Part shown: positions 14,701-26,502 of the stretch, one piece after another | Layout: each line of letters starts with the position of its first letter | How positions within the stretch are numbered: position 1 is the stretch's first letter | Origin: Anaeramoeba ignava BMAN | Lineage: Eukaryota > Protista > Anaeramoebae | Assembly: GCA_028826165.1 (NCBI GenBank) | Contig: JAPDFW010000063.1 | Coordinates: forward strand, 1,054,001-1,118,000 | Direction of reading: 5' to 3' | DNA length: 64,000 nucleotides | Program-made: the position numbers and the translations under genes | The notes under the pieces: model-generated | What the model was told of the DNA's origin: nothing | Database searches by the model: none | The model's input: the letters and a program-made list of their open reading frames with translations, nothing else

Positions 14701-17275
14701 ATAACATTTGGATCCATAATTGGATCTCTTTCACTAAAGAAAGCAAAGTATAGATCTTTGGTTGTTGCTCCAATTACAGTAAAATCTGTGAATTTAATAG
14801 TTCCGTTTTCATCAGAAGGTCCTGCAACTTCTCCTTCAAATAAAGCTTTATTTTTTTTTTACAGATATTTAACTTAATTTATTAATTTGTTAGATTTTAA
14901 ATTAATTTATCAATTTTTACCAAATCTTTGATAATAAAGAGAAGTTGCAAATTGATTAGGATTATTATAAATTCTCACATAATGACCTGCAAGTGGATTT
15001 CCTTCTGAATCAAAAATTCGAACTTCTGGTTGAACAGTTAAAGGAACACCAAATTCTTCAGTACTATTTCCCGATTCAGAATAAGGAGGAAGATCCGTTG
15101 TATTAATTATTGAAACTAAAATTCAAACATTATTTTAAATTCAAATAATATTATTAAATTCAAATATTATTATTAAATTCAAATAATATTTAATCCAAAT
15201 AATATTTAATCCAAATATTATTAAATCCAAATATTTTTAAGTTCAAATATTTTTAAGTTCAAATATTATTTAAAATTCAAATATTTTTAAATTCAAATAT
15301 TTTTAAGTTCAAATAATATTAAATCCAAATATTATTATTAAACTCAAATATTTTTAAATTCAAATATTTTTAAGTTCAAATATTTTTAAGTTCAAATATT
15401 TTTTAAAATTCAAATATTTTTAAATTCAAATATTTTTTAAAATTCAAATATTATTAAATTCAAATATTATTAAATTCAAATATTTTTAAGTTCAAATATT
15501 TTTAAAATTCCAAATAATATTTAATCCAAATATTATTAAATTCAAATATTATTAAATTCAAATATTTTTAAGTTCAAATATTATTTAATCAAAATATTTT
15601 TAAATTCAAATATTTTTAAGTTCAAATATTATTAAGTTCAAATATTATTATTAAATTCAAATATTATTAAATTCAAATATTATTAAATTCAAATATTTTT
15701 AAGTTCAAATATTATTTAATCAAAATATTTTTAAATTCAAATATTTTTAAGTTCAAATATTATTAAGTTCAAATATTATTATTAAATTCAAATATTATTA
15801 AATTCAAATATTATTAAATCCAAATATTTTTAAGTTCAAATATTTTTAAGTTCAAATATTATTTAATTCAAATATTTTTAAGTTCAAATATTATTTAATT
15901 CAAATATTTTTAAATCCAAATATTATTATTAAATTCAAATATTATTATTAAATTCAAATAATATTTAATTCAAATATTTTTAAATTCAAATATTTTTAAG
16001 TTCAAATATTATTTAAAATTCAAATATTTTTAAGTTCAAATATTATTTAAAATTCAAATAATATTTAATTCAAATATTATTAAATTCAAATATTATTAAA
16101 TTCAAATAATATTTAATTCAAATAATATTTAATCCAAATATTATTAAATTCAAATATTTTTAAATTCAAATATTATTAAATCCAAATATTTTTAAGTTCA
16201 AATATTTTTAAGTTCAAATATTTTTAAATTCAAATAATATTATTTTAAATTCAAATATTTTTAAGTTCAAATATTTTTAAGTTCAAATATTTTTTAAAAT
16301 TCAAATATTTTTAAATTACCATTCGTTTTTGTATAAACTGTAAAAGTTGTCCAAACTGATTCACAGGAATAATTTAGCACAACAGCTCCAATTGGTCCAT
16401 AATTTAATTGCAAACTTGAAAAATCAGTAAATCCATCTTCATCAGTTTTTGATTGAGTTGTTCCTTGGAAAGAAACTGGATATATTTCTTGATCTCTTAT
16501 TTGAATAAGTGTTTTTCCATTTTGATTTGATTGAAATGGAATTGCAGGATCATAAGTTGCTGAAATACTTACTGTTTTAGATTCCAATCCAATTTCAAAC
16601 ATATTGGAAATTCTTGTCTAAAAATTATAAATAAAATTTAAATTAATTTTATTTAAAAATATTAAAATAAAACAGAAAGAATAATAAATTTGTTTTTTGA
16701 TCAAAAAGAATTACATTTGGGACATTTGTAAATGGGGTATTATAATAAACTTCTGAATCAGGAAATTTTGTAAAAGTCATCCTTTTATTTTATAAAAAAA
16801 AAATTATTTTTATTTATTTTGTTGATTAATTTAATCAAATAATCAAAAAAAAAAAAATAATTTAATAACTAAATTAATAAATAAATAATTAAATAATTTG
16901 AGATCAAATATTAAAAATTTTTAATTAAAAAAAAATAAATAAAATTTTGAATTATTTCAATTATTTGAATAAAAGAATATGGTTAATTGCTCTTAAAACA
17001 AAAGAAGAAAATAAAATAAAACAAAACAACAATAAAATTTAATATAAATATTAATATTCATACGTATCAGGATTTTCATCATCAACAACACTTCGTTGAT
17101 AAAATAAAGCAGAAATGGCTTGAAAAGCTGCAATGGAAAGAATAAACAAAAAGAGAAACATGGTTAACAATCTCAAACGAACTCGATCTTGTGTCAAATC
17201 CAAGAAAACTGGTGTATGAAGTCCTTTGATTGAGTGAGTTTGTTTGTCGTAATAAATTTTACCAACTCTTTTCAT
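8729..17275 (-). CDS. ~2,060-aa membrane protein: N-terminal TM anchor, ~10 Ig-like (Big-1/invasin-like) repeats, C-terminal STRA6/RBPR2-like multipass domain; 9 exons
   Basis: Exons at approx. 17275-17064, 16781-16715, 16618-16320, 15115-14920, 14845-14627, 14561-14323, 14065-12857, 12615-10131 and 9982-8729 join in frame through GT-AG introns. Repeat motif: QP...G.PF..QP.V.V.D..G.P......TD..G...F..L....G.Y.L.F..DG. STRA6-like segments: NYKNLVRRLL, FFYPQRLF, LYRQRIMRMRQG, Y.GIQ, FLNIVSG...AIIR, RLD..L.....LDSGHRSYVSVLQMDHKFNNPV, LLITLRNNPKVAKYR. Confidence 0.8.
15120..16315 (+). repeat. ~16-bp intronic tandem repeat TTCAAATATT(A/T)TTAA(A/G)
   Basis: Directly visible; fills intron 3 of the Ig/STRA6-like gene. 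Confidence 0.9.
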
Positions 17276-17479
17276 TTGTTTAAAATTAAAAAATATTTGA
17301 AAAGCAAAAATTAATTAATTAATTAATTTGATAACAAAAAAAAATTTTGCAAAAGAAAAGAAGAAGAAGAAGAAAAAGAAAAAAATGAGAAAAGGAAATT
17401 CAAAAAAAAATTTTTTTGAAAATAATCGATCAACAAAAAAAAAAAAAACATCAATCCAATTTCAAACATTTGATTTGAA

Positions 17480-20400
17480 TTCAAATTTAAATATTTGATT
17501 TAAATATTTGATTTAAATAATTAATTTAAATAATTGATTTAAATATTTAATTTAAATATTTAATTTAAATATTTTGATTTAAATAAATGATTTAAATATT
17601 TTGATTTAAATATTTGATTTAAATAATTAATTTAAATGATTGATTTAAATATTTTGATTTAAATATTTTGATTTAAATATATTTTGATTTTAAATATTTT
17701 GATTTAAATAATTAATTTAAATGATTGATTTAAATATTTGATTTAAATATTTTGATTTTAAATATTTAATTTAAATATTTGATTTAAATATTTGATTTAA
17801 ATATTTTGATTTAAATATTTTGATTTAAATATTTGATTTAAATATTTGATTTAAATAATTGATTTAAATATTTTTAATTTAAAATGATTGATTTAAATAT
17901 TTTTGATTTAAATATTTGATTTAAATATTTAATTTAAATATTTGATTTAAATAATTGATTTAAATATTTGATTTAAATGATTGATTTAAATATTTGATTT
18001 AAATATTTGATTTAAATAATTGATTTAAATATTTTGATTTAAATATTTGATTTAAATATTTGATTTAAATATTTGATTTTTAAATGATTGATTTAAATAT
18101 TTAATTTAAATATTTGATTTTAAATAATTGATTTAAATATTTGATTTAAATAATTAATTTAAAATATTTGATTTAAATATTTTGATTTAAAATATTTGAT
18201 TTAAATAATTTGATTTAAATAATTAATTTAAATATTTGATTTAAATAATTGATTTAAATATTTGATTTAAATAATTTGATTTAAATAATTAATTTAAATA
18301 TTTGATTTAAATAATTGATTTAAATATTTGATTTAAATATTTTGATTTAAATATTTGATTTAAATATTTGATTTAAAATTCGATTTAAATATTTGATTTA
18401 AATATTTGATTTAAATATTTGATTTAAATATTTTGATTTTAAATATTTGATTTAAATATTTTGATTTAAATATTTGATTTAAAAATTTGATTTAAATAAT
18501 TTAATTTAATTATTTGATTTAAATATTTTGATTTAAATATTTGATTTAAATATTTGATTTAAATATTTGATTTAAATATTTGATTTAAAATATTTGATTT
18601 TAAAAATTTTGATTTAAATATTTTTGATTTAAAATATTTTGATTTAAATATTTTGATTTAAATATTTGATTTAAATATTTTGATTTAAATATTTTGATTT
18701 AAATATTTGATTTTAAATAAATTGATTTAAATATTTGATTTAAATATTTGATTTAAATATTTGATTTAAATATTTTGATTTAAATATTTTGATTTAAATA
18801 TTTTTGATTTAAATATTTTGATTTAAAAATAAATTTAAATATTTTGATTTAAATATTTTGATTTAAATATTTTGATTTAAAAATATTTTTGATTTAAATA
18901 TTTTGATTTAAATAATTGATTTAAATATTTGATTTAAATAATTTGAAAAAATTGATTTGATTTAAATATTTGATTTAAATATTGATTTTTAAATAATTTG
19001 ATTTTAAAATTTTGATTTAAATATTTTTGATTTTTAAATATTTTGATTTAAAATATTTTGATTTAAATATTTTGATTTAAATATTTGATTTAAATATTTT
19101 GATTTAAAATATTTTGATTTAAATATTTTGATTTAAATATTTGATTTAAATATTTTGATTTAAATATTTGATTTTAAATATTTGATTTAAATATTTTTGA
19201 TTTAAATATTTGATTTTAAATATTTTGATTTAAATAATTGATTTGATTTAAATATTTTGATTTTAAATATTTTAATTTAAATATTTTGATTTAAATATTT
19301 TGATTTAAATATTTTGATTTAAATATTTTGATTTAAATATTTTGATTTAAATATTTGATTTAAATATTTGATTTAAATATTTGATTTAAATATTTTGATT
19401 TAAATATTTGATTTTAAATATTTTGATTTAAATATTTTGATTAAAAATTTTGATTTTAAATAATTGATTTAAAATATTTTGATTTAAAATAATTGATTTA
19501 AATATTTGATTTAAAATATTTTGATTTAAATATTTGATTTAAATATTTGATTTAAATAATTAATTTAAATATTTAATTTAAATATTTTGATTTAAATATT
19601 TGATTTAAAATATTTTTTGATTTAAAATATTTTGATTTAAATATTTTGATTTAAAATAATTGATTAAATATTTTGATTTAAAATATTTGATTTAAATAAT
19701 TGATTTAAATATTTTGATTTAAATATTTTGATTTAAATATTTTGATTTAAATATTTTGATTTAAAATATTTTTGATTTAAATATTTTTGATTTAAATATT
19801 TGATTTAAATATTTTGATTTAAATATTTTGATTTAAATATTTGATTTAAATATTTGATTTAAATATTTGATTTAAATGATTGATTTAAATATTTTGATTT
19901 AAATATTTGATTTAAATATTTTTTAAATATTTTGATTTAAATTATTTGATTTAAAATATTTGATTTAAAATATTTTGATTTAAATTTTAATTTAAATATT
20001 TTGATTTAAAATATTTTGATTTAAATATTTTGATTTAAATATTTTTGATTTAAATATTTGATTTAAATATTTGATTTAAATATTTGATTTAAATATTTGA
20101 TTTAAATATTTTGATTTAAATATTTGATTTAAATATTTGATTTAATTATTTGATTTAAATATTTTGATTTAAATATTTTGATTTAAAATTTGATTTTAAA
20201 TATTTGATTTAAATATTTTGATTTAAAATATTTTGATTTAAAATTTTTGATTTAAATATTTAATTTAAATATTTTGATTTAAATATTTTGATTTAAATAT
20301 TTGATTTAAATATTTTGATTTAAATATTTGATTTAAATAATTGATTTAAAATATTTGATTTTTAAATATTTTGATTTAAAATAATTGATTTAAAATTTGA

Positions 20401-21510
20401 TTTTAAACATTTTGATTTAAAAATATTTTGATTTTAAAATAATTAATTTTAAATAATTGATTTAAATATTTTGATTTAAATAATTGATTTAAATAATTGA
20501 TTAAAATATTTTGATTTAAATATTTGATTTAAATATTTGATTTAAATATTTGATTTAAATAATTAATTTAAATATTTAATTTAAATATTTTGATTTAAAT
20601 ATTTGATTTAAATATTTTTGATTTAAATATTTTGATTTAAATATTTGATTTAAATATTTGATTTAAATAATTTGATTTTAAATATTTTGATTTAAATATT
20701 TTGATTTAAATATTTGATTTAAATAATTGATTAAATATTTTGATTTAAAATAATTGATTTAAATATTTTGATTTAAATATTTTTGATTTAAATATTTTGA
20801 TTTAAATATTTTTGATTTAAATATTTGATTTAAATATTTTGATTTAAATATTTTGATTTAAATATTTGATTTAAATAATTGATTTAAATATTTGATTTAA
20901 ATGATTGATTTAAATGATTGATTTAAATATTTGATTTAAAATATTTGATTTAAATATTTTGATTTAAATTATTAATTTAAATAATTGATTTAAATATTTT
21001 GATTTAAATATTTTGATTTAAATATTTTGATTTAAATATTTGATTTAAATATTTGATTTAAATATTTGATTTAAATATTTGATTTAAATAATTGATTTAA
21101 ATAATTGAATTTAAATAATTGAATTTTAAATAATTTGATTTAAATATTTGATTAAAATGATTTAAATAATTGATTAAAATATTTGATTTAAATGATTGAT
21201 TTAAATGATTGATTTAAATATTTTGATTTAAATATTTGATTTAAATAATTGATTTAAATTTGATTTAAATATTTTGATTTAAATATTTTGATTTGAATAT
21301 TTTGATTTAAAATAATTAATTTAAATATTTGATTTGAATATTTTGATTTAAATAATTTAAATTTAAATATTTGATTTAAATAATTAATTTAAATATTTTG
21401 ATTTAAATATTTTGATTTAAATATTTTGATTTAAATATTTGATTTAAATATTTAATTTAAATACTTGATTTAAATAATTAATTTAAATATTTGATTAAAA
21501 ATTTGATTAA
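17480..21510 (+). repeat. ~4-kb AT-rich satellite, 13/14-bp unit GATTTAAATATTT(T)
   Basis: About 300 degenerate units, nearly devoid of C on the + strand, with no ORF. Each unit has the overlapping palindromes ATTTAAAT and AAATATTT. Confidence 0.95.
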
Positions 21511-21557
21511 AGTTTATTCTGTAATTGAATCCTGAAAAAAAAAATTCATTCAAAAAA

Positions 21558-22323
21558 TTAATCTGTATCTTTTTTTGTTAAAATTCCTCCAAACCAAATC
21601 ATAATATCCTTCATCTCTTCATCACAAACATTATGTTTCAAACCTTTGTAAATATTTAATTTGGAATTGAACTTTTTTTCTGATAAAACATTGTGGGATC
21701 CTTCAGCCCAACTTAAAGGAATCACATCATCTTCATCACCATGACAAAAAAGAATAGGAGTACGCTTGTTGATCTCAGAAAATTCTGATCCAAGAGTAGA
21801 AATCAAAGGAATATAACAACTTAAAGCAAGAACTCCATCAATTTTGCTTTTACAACTACGAAGTGCAGTTTGAAGAGAAAGTACTCCTCCTTGAGATATC
21901 CCTCCAATTATCACTATCCGATCTTGCTTCTTTTCTTCTTCAATTATCTTCGCTGCTTTTTCTCCTGCTTGTTTGATCCCTTCAAGATCTTCTTTTGTTC
22001 CAAGTGTGAATCCAAAAACATTAAACCATGCTGTTCTTTTTACTCCTGGTTTGTATCCCATTTCTCTCATCGGTGCATTTGGTAATATTACTTTTGTGTT
22101 TGGAAATGATTCATGTACTTTTTGTCCAAAATTCATTAAAGCTTCTGAAGTTTCTATTTGTATTTTTTTTTTTGAGAAATTGGAACACTTTTTGTTTTTT
22201 TTTTTGATTTGTTTTTGATTATTATTTACGTCCTAATCCATGAAAAAGAATAACTGTTGATTTTGTTTCTTGTTGGCTTTCAATTACTGAAGGAAGGGGT
22301 GTTTCAGTTTGAGTTTCAATCAT
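21558..22323 (-). CDS. Acyl-protein thioesterase / lysophospholipase (APT1/LYPLA-like), 2 exons
   Basis: Exon 1 MIETQ...STVILFHGLG, then an intron (GTAAAT...CAAATAG), then KVILPNAP, AWFN, GGISQGG (Ser), HGDEDDVIP (Asp) and GLKH (His). Confidence 0.92.
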
Positions 22324-22619
22324 TTTTTTGTTTTCAATTTAATCAAAACTAATTTTGTTTTTAAGTGAAAAAAAAAATGATTAGAAAAAAAATATTTTTT
22401 TTAAATTGATCTTCAATAAAAATTAAAGAGAAAAAAATTATTAATTACCACGTGTTTTTTATGATGTGGAAAGCAAATTATTTTTGAAGACAAAAACAAT
22501 TAAAATCAAAATTATTCAAATTAAAAATTAATAAAATGAAAGATCTTAAATAAAAATAATTCAAAAGGAAAAATTTTTTTTTTGTGGATTTGAATAGGAT
22601 TGATTGAATGAAGTTTATT

Positions 22620-23940
22620 GATCAATTGGATATTATTTATTTTAAAATTAAATCAATTTTTGAATTTTCATTTAATTGATAATAATCTTTTTCAATCAAT
22701 AATTTCAAAAGAAATATTATTATTTCTACAAGCAATATGTAAAGTTGTTTCTTTTTTATCTATTTTTGAATTAATAATTTAATAATTTCAAAAGAAATAT
22801 TTTTATTTCTACAGGCAATATGTAAAGTTGTTTGATTAAAATATCCTTTTGAATTAATATCAATCCATTTTTCCAATTAATGATTCAATAATTCCAAAAT
22901 AAATATTATTATTTCCACAGACAATATATAAAGTTGTTTCTTTTTTATCTATTTTTGAATTAATATCAATTCATTTTTCCAATTAATAATTTAATAATTT
23001 CAAAAGAAATATTTTTATTTCTACAGACAATATATAAAGTTGTTTGATTAAAATATCCTTTTGAATTAATATCAATCCATTTTTCCAATTAATAATTCAA
23101 TAATTCCAAAATAAATATTATTATTTCCACAGACAATATATAAAGTTGTTTCTTTTTTATCTATTTTTGAATTAATATCAATTCCTTTTTTGAATTAATA
23201 ATTTAATAATTTCAAAAGAAATATTATTTCTACAAGCAATATGTAAAGTTGTTTCTTTTTTATCTATTTTTGAATTAATATCAATTCCTTTTTTGAATTA
23301 ATAATTTGATAATTTTAAAATAAATATTTTTATTTCTACAAGCAATATGTAAAGTTGTTTCTTTTTTATCTATTTTTGAATTAATAATTTAATAATTTAA
23401 AAAGAAATATTATTATTTCTACAAGCAATATGTAAAGTTGTTTCTCTTTTATCTATTTTTGAATTAATATCAATTCATTTTTTCAATTAATAATTTGATA
23501 ATTTCAAAATAAATATTATTATTTCTACAGACAATATATAAAGTTGTTTGATTAAAATATCCTTTTGAATTAATATCAATTCCTTTTTCAATTAATAATT
23601 TAATAATTCCAAAATAAATATTATTTCTACAAGCAATATGTAAAATTGTTTCTTTTTTATCTATTTTTGAATTAGTATCAATTCCTTTTTTTCAATTAAT
23701 AATTTAATAATTCCAAAAGAAATATTATTATTTCTACAAGCAATATATAAAGTTGTTTCTTTTTTATCTATTTTTGAATTAATATTAATTCATTTTTTCA
23801 ATTAATAATTTAATAATTTCAAAATATTATTATTTCTACAAGCAATATGTAAAGTTGTTTGATTAAACTTCGTTATTAAATGAATTCAATTTGTTTTAAG
23901 TACTCAAATTTGTTTTCTTCAATAACTTTCCAAATAATTT
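22620..23940 (-). pseudogene. Decayed or frameshifted ankyrin-repeat gene: ~12 near-identical ~105-bp units
   Basis: Minus-strand units translate as TTLHIACRNNNISFEIIKLLIEKGIDINSK(IDKKE/GYFNQ). The 5' part IWKVIEENK resembles the N-terminus (FWKAIEENN) of the ankyrin-BTB gene at 29532. Many indels and stops; no ATG found. Confidence 0.75.
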
Positions 23941-24041
23941 TTTAAAAAAGAAAAAATTTCAAAAAAAAAAATTAAAGAAAAAAAAAATGAAAAATCATTT
24001 TTCTTCATTTTTATTAAATTCATTCAAATTATCATCAAATT

Positions 24042-26072
24042 ATGGTAAAAAAAAATTTTTTTTGTTTCAATTTTCTTTCTTGAATTCATTTTAATATTAA
24101 TAATAATAATTTCTTTTAGGATCAACTTGATAATAAAAAACAAGAAAAAGTTAGACAATTCATCTCTTTTACAACAGCAACGTAAAAATAATAATCTTTT
24201 AAAAAGAAATTTAAAGATAATTTAGTTTCAAAAAAACAAATTCATAAATCATCTTTTCAATTTTCTGATAAAAACAGATAATAATTTTATAAATAATAAA
24301 TAATAAATAATAAAAGAAAAACAAATAAAAATTTAATTATCAAAATTTTTTCAATAATTTAAAGAGGGAAATTTAATAAGAAAAAAATTATCAATTTTTG
24401 CTTTTTTTTTTTTTTTTTTTGAATAAAATTAATTTTTGTTCCGTTTTTTTTTTTTTTTTTTTTCTTCAATTTTGGTTTAGTGAAGAAACTGCAATAGCTT
24501 GTTTAAAAAGGTTTCATTGGAGTTTAGAAAGAGCAGTGAATGATTTTTTTGAAAATCCACCACCTCCACAACCAGTTAAAAAATCACCAGTAACTAAAAG
24601 AAAAACCAATCGAGAAGAATTAGAAAAATTATTTAGAAAATATAAAAAATCTGGTGAAAATAAAATCGATGCTCAAGGTGTTGCTAATTTTTTTAATGAT
24701 CTTGGTGTTGATATGACTGATATTCTTACACTTATTATTGCTTGGAAATTACGTTCAAAAAGTTTTAGGTGAATTTTCTTATGAAGAATTTGTTGATGGT
24801 TGGTTTCATCTTGGGTATTTATTGAAGATAGATTTATGAATTTAAAATTAAATTTAAAATCAAAATTAAAATTAAAATTCAAAATCAAAATTAATTCAAA
24901 ATTAAAATTTAAAATTAAATTAAAATTAAAATTAAAATTAAAAATAAAATTCAAAATCAAAATCAAAATTAAAATCAAAATTAAAATTTAAAATTAAATT
25001 CAAAATTAAAATTAAAAATTAAATTCAAAATCAAAATCAAAATCAAAATCAAAATCAAATTTAAAATCAAAATTAAAATTAAAATTAAAATCAAATTCAA
25101 AATTCAAAATTCAAAATTAAAATAAAAATTATTTTTGTTGATTTTCTTGATTTATATTAGTTGTGATTCAATATCTGCTATAAAAAATAAATTACCAGAT
25201 TTACGAAAAGAAATTAATGATAAAACAAAATTTACAGAATTTTATTCATTTATTTTTGATTTTGGAAAAGAACATCCAGATCATAAATTTTTAAGTAAAT
25301 TTTAAAAAAAATCTTGAAAAAATTTTGATTAAAATTAATTAATTGATTTATAGAAAATGAAATTGCAAGTGCTTTATGGGAAGTTGTTTTAAAAGGAAGA
25401 TTTAAATTTTTAGATAACTGGCTTGAATTCTTAAAAGTAATAATTTTAATCCATTTAAAAATGAATTTAAAAATTAATTTAAAATTAAATTTAAAAATGA
25501 ATTTAAAAAATGAATTTAAAAATGAATTTAAAATTAATCTAAAAATGAATTTAAAAATTAATTTAAAAATGAATTTAAAAAATGAATTTAAAAATGGAAT
25601 TAAAAATGAATTTAAAAATGAATTTAAAAATTAAATTTAAAAATGGATTTAAAAATGAAATTAAAAATGAATTTAAAAATGAATTTAAAAATGGAATTAA
25701 AAATAAATTTAAAAATGAATTTAAAAATGAATTTAAAAATGGAATTAAAAATAAATTTAAAAATGGATTTAAAAATGGATTTAAAATTAAATTTAAAAAT
25801 GAATTTAAAGATGGAATTAAAAATAAATTTAAAATTAAATTTAAAAATTAATTTAAAATGAATTTAAAAATGAATTTAAAATTAAATTTAAAAAATATAA
25901 ATAGAAACCACAAAATGTTAAACAAACAATTAATAAAGATACATGGAATTTATTACCAGAATTCGGAGAAACAACAAATTTAGATTTATCAAATTATGAT
26001 GAATCTGCAGCTTGGCCTGTTTTAATTGATGAATTTGTTGAATATTTACAAGAATTAAAAGAAAAAAAATAA
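24042..26072 (+). CDS. DCN1: DCN1-like NEDD8 co-E3 (UBA-like + PONY), copy 1, 6 exons; one extra A at ~24760 breaks the frame
   Basis: ATG|GT first exon; [22 protein letters not shown]|[26 protein letters not shown]; LIIAWKL; [14 protein letters not shown]; INKDTWNLL; [28 protein letters not shown] here versus TCAAAAGTT in copy 2. Confidence 0.88.
25460..25895 (+). repeat. 12-bp intronic repeat AAAAATGAATTT (paralogous array at ~28460-29010)
   Basis: Directly visible in the last intron of both DCN1 copies, at different lengths. Confidence 0.88.
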
Positions 26073-26502
26073 TTCTTAAAAAAGAAAAAAAAGAGAAAGA
26101 AAAATTCAATCAAAAAAAATATATATGAATGAATTTTAAACAAATTTTAAACGAATTTTAAACGAATTTTAAACGAATTTTAAACGAATTTTAAACAAAT
26201 TTTAAATGAATTTTAAACAAATTTTAAACAAATTTTAAACGAATTTTAAACAAATTTTAAACAAAATAAATATTTTTTTTTTTTGGATTTGAATTTTTAA
26301 TCCATCATTTATCTCATTCATTTTTTTTTGGAATAATCAAACAACAAAATAATTGATATAAAAACAAGAAAAAATTTTTAAATAAAAAAAGAAAATTAAA
26401 AAAAATTAAAAAAAAATTTTTTTTTGAAATTCATTTTTTCCTTTTTTATTTCCTTTCAAAAAAAGATTTAATTAATTAAATAATTAATTAATTCATTAGT
26501 CA

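Noticed and set aside
22700-23870. CRISPR-like regularly spaced repeats
   Set aside because: The whole ~105-bp unit repeats with no unique spacers, it translates as ankyrin, and there are no cas genes in this eukaryotic context.
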